DNA of 63,180 bases, counting the filler, from Octopus bimaculoides (lineage: Eukaryota), in assembly GCF_001194135.2 (NCBI RefSeq). It is 6 parts of 5 records of this genome, joined end to end, with 100 filler letters (N's around TTAATTAATTAA, not from the genome) between each part and the next. Parts side by side here need not be neighbours in the genome. Positions count along the whole stretch, not along the records: positions 1 to 18,173 come from NC_068988.1; 5 more parts are not named here. The stretch is one strand, 5' to 3'. The position numbers and the translations under genes were made by a program. The notes under the pieces are model-generated. The model was given only the letters and a program-made list of their open reading frames with translations. It was not told where the DNA came from and did not search any database. Of the stretch, positions 1 through 10,599 are shown piece by piece (within the stretch, counting starts at the first letter, position 1; the number at the start of each line of letters is the position of its first letter).

Positions 1-23
1 TGTTAAACATCCCCGGTGTATTA

Positions 24-82
<59 letters not shown>

Positions 83-495
83 GAGTGAGAGAGCAGTATA
101 CCCATCATGACTACTCGTTTGATAAGGGTACACCAGGCACATGCATCACAACCATATGTGCGCGACGTAGTGGTCTCATATCAAGATTAACAGCGCTTGA
201 CCTTGCAGGTGGGGCCCAGTTAGAATTTTCTTCAGGTCGAATAGCCCATACAGCTGAAAAGGTCCCTCAATAAGGTTTGTTTAAGGATGTTTAACGAAAC
301 ACCCATATTTCCAGAGGTGAATTATTAAAACCCCAAAGAACTCCTCTCAACACATGGCTATTTTGCTCCCCTATTACTTCTGCTCATGATTAGAGATGCA
401 CATAACGTCAGCCACTAGTGAACATGCTCAACTGGTTAAGGTCAAACAAGTAAATCTGTGGAATTGAGCAGCATATTTGCTGTAGCCCATCTTTT
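83..495 (-). mobile_element. Non-coding interspersed repeat embedded in an (ATT)n/(TAA)n microsatellite (copy 1, with ~50-bp internal deletion)
   Basis: Close match by eye to 4940-5499 and partially to 56470-56633; flanked on both sides by ATT tracts; on the minus strand it ends ...ctctctcactc-(aat)n like a retroposon tail. Confidence 0.75.
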
Positions 496-506
496 ATTAT
501 TATTAC

Positions 507-588
<82 letters not shown>

Positions 589-1394
589 AATAATAGTTAT
601 CGCCAAGCCAACATGGCAGTCCAAAAGTAGAACTACATGAATCTCTGATATACAACATTGCACACAAGCCGACTTACATAAAAATGTATGTATATATGCA
701 TGCTTGCTCGACCTGCTAGAAGAACTGTCAAATATTTGCCAAAGTATATTACACCGTCTTCAAAAAGCAGCGCTACACTGTATAATATAGTGTTAGATTT
801 GCAATACTGAAGACTAAGACATGGTTGTCATGGCTGGAACGATCATAATCAGCTGAGTTCATGCTGACTTAGGTATAAACATCAAGATTGTATACGTACG
901 TACATACATACATACATACATACGTACATACATACATACATACAGACATACCCTGTTTTTGATGTTGAATTCCAATGAAGGAACCTTGGATCTAGGTTAG
1001 AAACCGGTTCTTTCTCTATTAGCTAGACATTTTGAAATAAACTGAATAATGACATACATACATACATACTTTTGCGCTCCTTTCCTTTTATGGTGCAGTG
1101 CCTCAATGGCATGTGATAACAAAGTCATACGCCTGTTTGAAGAAAAGTGAAAGACTCCGTCTCTCAGACACTTGATCGGAAGAGACCGCTGCATTGCCCG
1201 AAGAACAACCGTAACTGCTTCCCCTTTATCTTACACCTTCAATGTACATTCATGTGTGTAGAAACTATGGCAATTGCGATATGTCACTGTGTCTGTGGTA
1301 TGTGGCATCCCGATTGCCACAACGAGAAGTCTACCATCTGTTTGTAGTTTCAAGAAGTTCGAGTCTTGAATCGTTCTGGAAACAAAGAAAAAGA

Positions 1395-1546
1395 TACATT
1401 ATTTACATTATTTACAATTGACGGATATTTGTCCTCATCTTGTTTGATGCTAACACAACGTTTCGACTGATATACCCTCCAGCCTTCATCAGGTGTCTTG
1501 GGGAAATTTCGAACCTGCATTCACATTCCTAAGGTATTTTTCGATG

Positions 1547-1550
<4 letters not shown>
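1395..1550 (-). mobile_element. Penelope-like pseudo-LTR arm with minimal hammerhead (left arm of inverted pair)
   Basis: Inverted repeat of 1792-1946; contains hammerhead core at 1452-1497. Confidence 0.7.
1452..1497 (-). ncRNA. Minimal type I hammerhead ribozyme motif
   Basis: Minus strand reads GACAC-CUGAUGA-A-GGCUG[GAGGGUAUAU]CAGUC-GAA-ACGU-U-GUGUU: stem I, conserved core, stem II and palindromic stem III (ACGU). Confidence 0.75.
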
Positions 1551-1580
<30 letters not shown>

Positions 1581-1606
1581 CATTAATATTATTATTATTA
1601 TTATCC

Positions 1607-1680
1607 AGGTCACTGCCTGGAATCGAACAAGGAATCTTGGGGTTAGTAGCCCGCGCTCTTAACCACTACGTCATATGCCC
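1607..1680 (-). mobile_element. tRNA-derived Pol III head (resembles tRNA-Thr AGU), SINE-like
   Basis: GGGCATATGACGTAGTGGTTAAGAGCGCGGGCTACTAACCCCAAGATTCCTTGTTCGATTCCAGGCAGTGACCT: A-box, B-box GTTCGATTCC, 7-nt anticodon-like loop; acceptor stem imperfect so not a functional tRNA. Confidence 0.75.
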
Positions 1681-1708
1681 ATGAATAATAATAATGATAA
1701 TAATAATG

Positions 1709-1781
<73 letters not shown>

Positions 1782-1791
1782 CAACTACAAC

Positions 1792-1978
1792 AACATCAAA
1801 AAATACCTTAGGAATGAGAATCTAGGTTCGAAATTTCCCCAAGACACCTGATGAAGGCTGGAGGGTATATCAGCCGAAATGTTGTGTTAACAAAAAACAA
1901 GATGAGGACAAATATCCGTCAATTGTAAATGATGTAAATAATGTACATAATTCCTCATCTCTTAAATACAGAACTGTA
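1792..1978 (+). mobile_element. Penelope-like pseudo-LTR arm with minimal hammerhead (right arm of inverted pair)
   Basis: Inverted copy of 1395-1550 preceded by (AAT)n 1684-1790. Confidence 0.7.
1843..1888 (+). ncRNA. Minimal type I hammerhead ribozyme motif
   Basis: GACAC-CUGAUGA-A-GGCUG[GAGGGUAUAU]CAGCC-GAA-AUGU-U-GUGUU; stem III AUGU instead of ACGU (CpG-decay-like change). Confidence 0.7.
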
Positions 1979-3270
1979 TTAAAGAAAAAGATGCGATGCA
2001 AAACATACCTGTACATGAAGCCTTCTGGTGGCAAGCGTTTGTAATGGGTACACCAAGAAGTATGAAAAGAAAACCTAGAAAGCAAATTTGTACTAATATT
2101 CATTATTCAAAATAATACAAATAAAACTCCTAACAGCAGAATAACATAAACTTTGAAATAACAAACATACATCACATCTGTGTGCATCAAAGCTACAAAT
2201 AAATGTATGTACTTACATAGAAACAGAGAATGACAGCATAATAAAAAAAAATGCTTGTAGTAGTACAGAAGGCAGAGTCAACAAGGTTCAGGGTCAAAAG
2301 AATGAATTTTTTTTGGCTTTCACGGTGTTGATTCTATGCTGTGAATTACATTTATTGGAGCTTTACAATAAAACTAGGCTACAAACGCCGTCTTACATAT
2401 TCGCTTTTATAATCATTTTCCACAATGATGCTTTTAGTTGTAATCAATGAACAAACTTTACTAATGATAGCAAACTTAATCAATGATATAAGCAAACTTA
2501 TAAACTTATTAATCAATTCCGGCAGGCATTTTTCACAGATAATCAAATCTGTCACTCGCTTTCTAATATATAAGAACACATAGCTATCCTAATGACTTGA
2601 CGGGTTACTAATCAACTAAGATAGCTGTGTGAAAACAACGGTAATAGGGTAGTAAAATGGTACAACGTCGTGTCCATTTATTAATTTCAGATGCAATGAA
2701 TGATATAGCTGAATGTTCCATAAAGTGAGTGATTCAGTAATGACCATCAACGACCACTTGCGTAATGGAACAAGATTGGCAGTGAATGGACGAGCGGAAT
2801 ATTTCAGTATTGCAGATACCATTTCAGGAATCAATAACTGGAAACATGTTTTCTGACTCAGCTATTCATTCAGCACGGTGATCAATATTCACGCAAATGA
2901 CCACAACGTCAATGATTTGTAAGAATATATCACAATCGTTTGATGTGAGTCAGCCGTTTGCTGTTGGCATTTTAACTTCAGCTTATCTTCACGGCTTTAC
3001 GTTGCACCGACACACACAAAAGGTAACTCGGAGCTTCTGCCTGGTCTCTTGACTGGCAAGAAACGCCAGCCAAATCTCTTTTACATCAAACTATATCGTT
3101 TTAAATAATAAATACTGAAGGACATGTGTGGTTTTTCATGTCTAGATACTCCTAACCGAACCGTAAGATCTTTAAGATCATGACCGGAATGCCTTTGATC
3201 ATAGCTCTACCAAATCAAGAGTGAGCTAGAGCTAACCAACAGCAATATATAAAAGCTAAACAGATATTTG

Positions 3271-3330
3271 CCATCATACCACCACCATCATACCACCACC
3301 ATCATACCACCACCATCATACCTCCACCAT
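3271..3330. repeat. 14-bp tandem repeat (ccatcataccacca) x~4
   Basis: Directly visible. Confidence 0.9.
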
Positions 3331-4051
3331 TCATAAATAATTTCATCTATTTAGGTATTTTCACATATTAAATCAGAAATAACATACATCGGTGCTTTAA
3401 TTAGAACTAGCAGGACACGTGGAAATTCTGCGGTGTAAGTCGACATGTTTGAAAACATTCTGTTCAAATTTGTACTTATAAATATAATCGAAATTAACTT
3501 AGAAGGTATTGATTATTTACCTTCTCAATGTTTAACTGATATGATGTGCTTTTATCTTAAGGAAATAAAAGATGAATCTAAAAGCTGAAATTTATTCATA
3601 TATATATAAAAAAATACACCTTTCGCTGTCAAATGATCACCAAACCTCAGTCCTACCAATCGAGGTTATTTTCATTTCTTTTCAGTTCAGATACCTATTT
3701 ATTTGTATGTCTCTTAACATATCACTTTTTAAGCATGTCTGTCTAGCTTCTTTCCCTTCTGCCGATGTATGTATCAGTCTACTCTCATAACACAGATAAG
3801 CACTTAGACCTAAAATTAAAAAAATCAATAATAACGGTGCTTCAGCATAGCCACAGTTTTCGGTCTATAACACGTAAAAGGTAAAAGTTTAACATCCACA
3901 ACTATTTACTAACTAAAATTATTTCACTTGGATTTAACTCTCTATCGGTATATCTTCTCGTGCGTTTAAAGATCTTCATGGCAGTGTTTCATTATGTTAA
4001 ACATTTCGTCTGTGCTGGCGCTTTCAACACACAAATGCTGAATGATATTGA

Positions 4052-4052
4052 C

Positions 4053-4084
<32 letters not shown>

Positions 4085-4220
4085 TCATTTTCATTTCGTT
4101 TTCTATTAGTTCATCTACCTACCTATTTCTAAATCTATTGCTCTATCTTTCTACCTGCATATCTGTTGATATATCTGATATCTATCTATCTATCTATCGA
4201 TCTATCTGTCTGTCTGTCTG

Positions 4221-4303
<83 letters not shown>

Positions 4304-4312
4304 ATTTATCTC

Positions 4313-4359
<47 letters not shown>

Positions 4360-4360
4360 G
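4052..4360. repeat. Compound (CT)n/(CTAT)n/(CTGT)n microsatellite
   Basis: Directly visible. Confidence 0.95.
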
Positions 4361-4939
4361 TGTAAATACCAAGCTAGCTAGCGAATTAACTATCATATCA
4401 ACATTCCCTTCTGTATCTGTCTACTCTCATAATACCGATAAGCATTTAAACTAAATAACAAATAATAAATAAATAAATGTATAATTAAATAATGGCGCTG
4501 GCCCAGCATAGTGCAATATAAAAGTGCAACATCCACAGCTATTTGCTAAGGTTATTTCAATCTAATTTAACTATCTAAATTAAAATTCATTGATCTTCAT
4601 GACATGGTTTCAGTAAGTTATTGACTGTGCCTCCGATTTGAACACGCAAAAGCAGAATAATACAGACTTTCACCCCCACCCTCTCTCTCTCTCTCTCTTT
4701 CACTCTCTTAGTCTCCCATTCTCCTCCTTCTCTCTTCGAATATATTTCTACATTCGAGTTATTACCTCCCTTGGTGTAAGCATAACGGACAAAAACAGAA
4801 AGAAACGTAAGAAGGCGTAGAATATTACAAGCTCTTAGGTAATGATAGAAAATGACTTTATAGCGCTTAAGGAATACTTTGTACCAGCCAAGAATCTCAC
4901 ACCGTTTATTCAATGTCAAAATTTATTATTATTATTACT

Positions 4940-5499
4940 GAGTGAGAGAGCAGGGCATGCCATCAAAGTGACATTTTACTGGGGTAAAATATATGAAGCC
5001 CGGTATACCCATCATGACTACCTGTCTGATAAGGGTACACCAGGCACATGCATCACAACCATGTGTGCACGATATTGTGGTCTCATATCAAGATAAACAG
5101 TGCATGACCTTGCAGGTGGGGCCTAGTTAGAATTTTCTTCAGGTCGAGTAGCCCATCCCGCTCAAAAGGTCCTTGAATAAAGGTTGTTTGAAGATGTTGA
5201 ACGAAAGACCCATGTTTCCAAAGGTGAATTATCCAAACCCCAAAGAAATCCTCTCAACACATGGCTATGATGCTCCCCCACTACTTCTGCTCATGATCAG
5301 AGATGCACATTTCGTCAGCCACCAAGGGACATGCTCAACTGGTTAAGGTCAAGCAACTGACAAGCAAATCTGTGGTATTAAGCAGAATATTTGTTGTAGC
5401 CCATCTTTTATACCAAGACAAAACAATGTACATGATAACACTTCCAATCAGTTAAGATCAGAAGCCATGAGAACCACTGTTTGGCACTGCATCAGGTCA
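4940..5499 (-). mobile_element. Non-coding interspersed repeat embedded in (ATT)n (copy 2, longest)
   Basis: Homologous to 83-495; ATT repeats at 4923-4937 and 5500-5588. Confidence 0.75.
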
Positions 5500-5559
<60 letters not shown>

Positions 5560-6208
5560 TTATGTTTGACTATTATTATTATTATTGTTCAGTAGTTTTA
5601 TTTTTATAACGTGCTTTCACTGCACTACCGAGCGCAGCTNNNNNNNNNNNNNNNNNNNNNNNNNNNNNNNNNNNNNNNNNNNNNNNNNNNNNNNNNNNNN
5701 NNNNNNNNNNNNNNNNNNNNNNNNNNNNNNNNNNNNNNNNNNNNNNNNNNNNNNNNNNNNNNNNNNNNNNNNNNNNNNNNNNNNNNNNNNNNNNNNNNNN
5801 NNNNNNNNNNNNNNNNNNNNNNNNNNNNNNNNNNNNNNNNNNNNNNNNNNNNNNNNNNNNNNNNNNNNNNNNNNNNNNNNNNNNNNNNNNNNNNNNNNNN
5901 NNNNNNNNNNNNNNNNNNNNNNNNNNNNNNNNNNNNNNNNNNNNNNNNNNNNNNNNNNNNNNNNNNNNNNNNNNNNNNNNNNNNNNNNNNNNNNNNNNNN
6001 NNNNNNNNNNNNNNNNNNNNNNNNNNNNNNNNNNNNNNNNNNNNNNNNNNNNNNNNNNNNNNNNNNNNNNNNNNNNNNNNNNNNNNNNNNNNNNNNNNNN
6101 NNNNNNNNNNNNNNNNNNNNNNNNNNNNNNNNNNNNNNNNNNNNNNNNNNNNNNNNNNNNNNNNNNNNNNNNNNNNNNNNNNNNNNNNNNNNNNNNNNNN
6201 NNNNNNNN

Positions 6209-6590
6209 NGAGCTTCTCAACCATTGCTGGGATTTTTCTCTGTCTATTTCTGCGTGGCACCTTGGGCAAGTGTCTTCTACTATAGCCTCGGGCCGACCAA
6301 AGCCTTGTGAGTGGATTTGGTAGACGGAAACTGAAAGAAGCTTGTCGTATATATGTATATATATATATGTATGTGTGTGTATATGTTTGTGTGTCTGTGT
6401 TTGTCCTCCCAACATTGCTTGACAACCGATACTGGTGTGTTTACGTCCCCGTAACTAAGCGGTTCGGCAAAAGAGACCGATAGAATAGGCTTCCAAAGAA
6501 TAAGTCCTGGGGTCGATTTGCTCAACTGAAGGCTGTGCTCCAGCATGGCCGCAGTCAAATGACTGAAACAAGTAAAAGAGTAAAGAGTAT
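6209..6590 (+). mobile_element. tRNA-derived SINE family A (CORE-like centre, RTE-like tail), 5' end lost in gap
   Basis: gtggcaccttgggcaagtgtcttc...ccagcatggccgcagtcaaatgactgaaacaagtaaaagagtaaagag; matches full copy at 56849-57283. Confidence 0.85.
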
Positions 6591-6629
6591 TATTACTATT
6601 ATTGTTGTTGTTGTTATTATTATTATAGC

Positions 6630-7431
6630 TGCCATTCTTTAAAGTCACGCGTCTGTCGGTATAGTGGAGGGTAAAAAGCCAAGATGCCACATATGTGGAT
6701 CTGTAATTCATTTAAAGGCTTTCTGCCCTGAAACAAGAAAAATTAAACTCCCCACTTCTGCCAACTCTACAAACACCACAAATACAAAATCATGAACAAG
6801 TGCTCAAGACTCCTACACCCACTCCCAAACCAAGACAAAGAAGGAGCTTACCTCCAGTTGCCACGAAAAGGCAAGCTTCTCCTGATTTTTCTACCTCCCA
6901 AACCAATATCAGCTGCAATGAAATGGAGAAAGAAGAGCTGAACGATCAATGGATCACAGTGACAAGAGGTAGAAGGCGAAAGAGGAAGAGAGTACATAGC
7001 CTTACTCCAAGAAATCAACAAAAACAAATTCTGAAGCCACAACTGCAACACAATTCACAACCACTTCGACAAAAACAAGAACAATAACAGCAGTTTTAAA
7101 AATAACCTCATCAGCAACAGTATGAAATCAAGAAACACAGAAGCAATCAATTACAGAACTTCAAAAACAAGAATATTCATAAGACGGTAGACGTAATGTA
7201 TCCATCAATTTCACTCTTGTCAACAAGTGCAACAGTGAATTGATGGATTTTGTACGCGAAAACAAAAACAAAATAGAGTCAGAGGGACAGGAATTTCAGG
7301 ATGTCATCCTTAAAAACCCCAAGGACAGACTTGTAATTAAAATGTTATCAGACATTTATAAAACTATAAGAGAAAAATTCCCATGTAGTGTGGGGATTTT
7401 TAAAAAGTCAATTGTTGGAAGGGCCTTTTAA
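6630..7431 (+). pseudogene. Degenerate LINE ORF1 remnant with gag-like CCHC zinc knuckle
   Basis: 6685-6726 encodes CHICGSVIHLKAFC (C-x2-C-x4-H-x4-C) followed by low-complexity basic sequence; lies directly upstream of an L1/Tx1 ORF2. Confidence 0.65.
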
Positions 7432-7504
7432 AAAATTTTCGCTAGTAGAGAGACCCGGAACTTCCGGGTTTCTCGAAAATCAAGGTGAATAGCCTGCACT
7501 TTTT

Positions 7505-10500
7505 ATGACTGTGCTGAGAATGGGGTGTGTGAATGTGCGTGGCCTGGGATCAGCTTGGAAGCAAGGTCACTTGCTCAATGATCTCAGGTCGTTTGATTTG
7601 GCTGTGGCTGCCATTAGTGAAACAAGGATCTCCGGAAAACACGCTCTATCATCCATTTCCGAGGACTACATGGTATTCTCATCTTGTCAATCGGGGGCGG
7701 GTGGCGGTGTAGCAGTGCTACCCCAGAAATCCTTCCTGAACCCAGATGGTAGGGTAGTGGTTCTGGGCGTGAATGGCAGTGAACGTGGCGCCTTTAGACT
7801 GGTGGTAGTTAATGCTCCAACAGGGGCTGAAAGGCCATATTTCTCCAGACGTCTAGAAACATTCTTAGGAAAGTCTCGTACTTTAGTACTAGTGGAGGAC
7901 TGGAATAGTACTTTGGACGCACGGAAGGATTGTGGATGGGTTTAGTACATAGAAGTTGATGTAACAGCCTTGAAAACCTGCTCAGGACTTTCCATATTTC
8001 TGACAGGTTCCGACTGGATTTCTCTCGTGTGGCCAATGTGGACATGGAGCAGTGGGTTATCCAAATCGTATTTAGATAGGGTATTTGTTAGGTCAAATGA
8101 TAGGGATAGCATAAGTTGTTCACAATTGAAATTGGTAGGCTACACAGATCACAAATTTGTGATATGCTCAGTGGAATCAGATAGGATACGTAGTGAGGGA
8201 CCCGGTTACTGGAGGTTGAATTCATCCTTACCGGTTCGCATATACTACAGGGACCGGGTTAGCGAACTAATTAAGCAACAGTTGACGTGAGCTATTGTCA
8301 ATAACCGGTGGTGGATCGCTCTGAAGAGAGCGATTAGAGTAGAATCAATTGCGTTTAGCAAAGATTTAACGATAGAAAGAAATAGATTAGAGGGAAAACT
8401 AGTTGGCAAACTAAAAGAGGCTATTAGTAAAGGCATCGCGACCGAAGTGTTAGCGGCGAGAATGGCCCTTTATTTTTTGAGGCGAAACACGAAGGGTACG
8501 TTGTTAAAGCTAAGGCGATAGCGGACAATGCTTCGTACCTAGACGGCCTACCACGACTCTCGGTAACGGACGCGAAATTCTGCGAAAAGCCGATTACAGC
8601 CACTGAAATACGCCCGGTTTGGATGGTCTGCCCCACGAATTCTATTTTTTCATGCCAGATTTGTTTGGCAGTAACCGGCAGCAGAGCGGAAGAATTCCTA
8701 GTGCTGTTAGCCGGGGTGTACTAATTTCAGAGTTTAAGATTTTGGCCAAGGTGTTAGCGAAAAGGTTGGCGCTTGTCATTGGTAGTCCTGTCGGGGTGGC
8801 ACAAACGTGCGCAATCCCGAGCAGGTCAATCCACGACAACCTCCACNNNNNNNNNNNNNNNNNNNNNNNNNNNNNNNNNNNNNNNNNNNNNNNNNNNNNN
8901 NNNNNNNNNNNNNNNNNNNNNNNNNNNNNNNNNNNNNNNNNNNNNNNNNNNNNNNNNNNNNNNNNNNNNNNNNNNNNNNNNNNNNNNNNNNNNNNNNNNN
9001 NNNNNNNNNNNNNNNNNNNNNNNNNNNNNNNNNNNNNNNNNNNNNNNNNNNNNNNNNNNNNNNNNNNNNNNNNNNNNNNNNNNNNNNNNNNNNNNNNNNN
9101 NNNNNNNNNNNNNNNNNNNNNNNNNNNNNNNNNNNNNNNNNNNNNNNNNNNNNNNNNNNNNNNNNNNNNNNNNNNNNNNNNNNNNNNNNNNNNNNNNNNN
9201 NNNNNNNNNNNNNNNNNNNNNNNNNNNNNNNNNNNNNNNNNNNNNNNNNNNNNNNNNNNNNNNNNNNNNNNNNNNNNNNNNNNNNNNNNNNNNNNNNNNN
9301 NNNNNNNNNNNNNNNNNNNNNNNNNNNNNNNNNNNNNNNNNNNNNNNNNNNNNNNNNNNNNNNNNNNNNNNNNNNNNNNNNNNNNNNNNNNNNNNNNNNN
9401 NNNNNNNNNNNNNNNNNNNNNNNNNNNNNNNNNNNNNNNNNNNNNNNNNNNNNNNNNNNNNNNNNNNNNNNNNNNNNNNNNNNNNNNNNNNNNNNNNNNN
9501 NNNNNNNNNNNNNNNNNNNNNNNNNNNNNNNNNNNNNNNNNNNNNNNNNNNNNNNNNNNNNNNNNNNNNNNNNNNNNNNNNNNNNNNNNNNNNNNNNNNN
9601 NNNNNNNNNNNNNNNNNNNNNNNNNNNNNNNNNNNNNNNNNNNNNNNNNNNNNNNNNNNNNNNNNNNNNNNNNNNNNNNNNNNNNNNNNNNNNNNNNNNN
9701 NNNNNNNNNNNNNNNNNNNNNNNNNNNNNNNNNNNNNNNNNNNNNNNNNNNNNNNNNNNNNNNNNNNNNNNNNNNNNNNNNNNNNNNNTATGCTTTGGCT
9801 TTTGATGCGGAGACATGCACTCAGGTTGCGTTATCTGCAACGATTTCTAGAAGGTGAACGTGTTTGAGCTCCGTTTGTGAGACACGCCTTTCCGCAATTC
9901 GTCTCCTTGGTGGAGCTGCAGTCCTTGGTAAAGGATAGGCCGAGACTGGGCGCCTGGTATTTAGAATGTCGTCAGGCACTCACTGTTCCCTACAAGTCGG
10001 GCAATAGGATCGGTGGATGTTCCACTTTAGCTATATACAGAGAATTAGTAGCGGGGAAGTGCGACGACGTCCTCGTGGAGACCATGGGTGTTTACGAAGA
10101 CAAACTGACAAGTCTATTCCAGTGGACTTTCCGGTCGGGGACTGTTATGGATAATTTCCAGATGTCTTTGACCTGGCAGTGCTACCGGAGCGCGCTACCG
10201 GTTCGAAATAAACTTTACAGGCATGGATGTGCTGTCAGACGGGCTTGCCCAAAGTGCTCGCAGAGCGACGAAACCATTCTGCATGCACTCGTTCAGTGTC
10301 CGAGCATTGCTGACTTGTGGAGTTATGTCGAAGATGACAAGTCCTGTGAGTCGGAAGAAAGGAATTGGAGAGGGCTTTGATGGCGGGGTTCCTCGATTAT
10401 CCCTAGAGGTTCTCCTGTATCAAGGGACCCCATCACTAGCTCTTTTTTCCTTCCTTTTCTAGTGTCGTGTAGTATGTATATTTCCCTACTAATGTATACC

Positions 10501-10596
10501 GTGTATACTTTTCTTTATAATTCCATATGAAAACCCCACACTTAATGTCTGACTTTGTATTGTCCCCCTCATGTTTCGACCTGGTGGCATCCAATA
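7505..10596 (+). mobile_element. Tx1/L1-clade LINE ORF2 (AP endonuclease + RT + C-terminal zinc knuckle), degenerate and gapped
   Basis: MGCVNVRGL...AISETR, LVEDWN, YLDRVFV, YTDHKFV (APE motifs); DGLPHEFY, KILAKVLAKRL, QTCAIPSRSIHDN (RT); CPKCSQSDETILHALVQCP; many stops and frameshifts; 8847-9788 is N. Confidence 0.9.
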
Positions 10597-10599
10597 TCG

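Noticed and set aside
1607-1680. Functional tRNA gene
   Set aside because: Acceptor, anticodon and T stems are mismatched, and it lies inside a repeat; treated as a SINE-type head.
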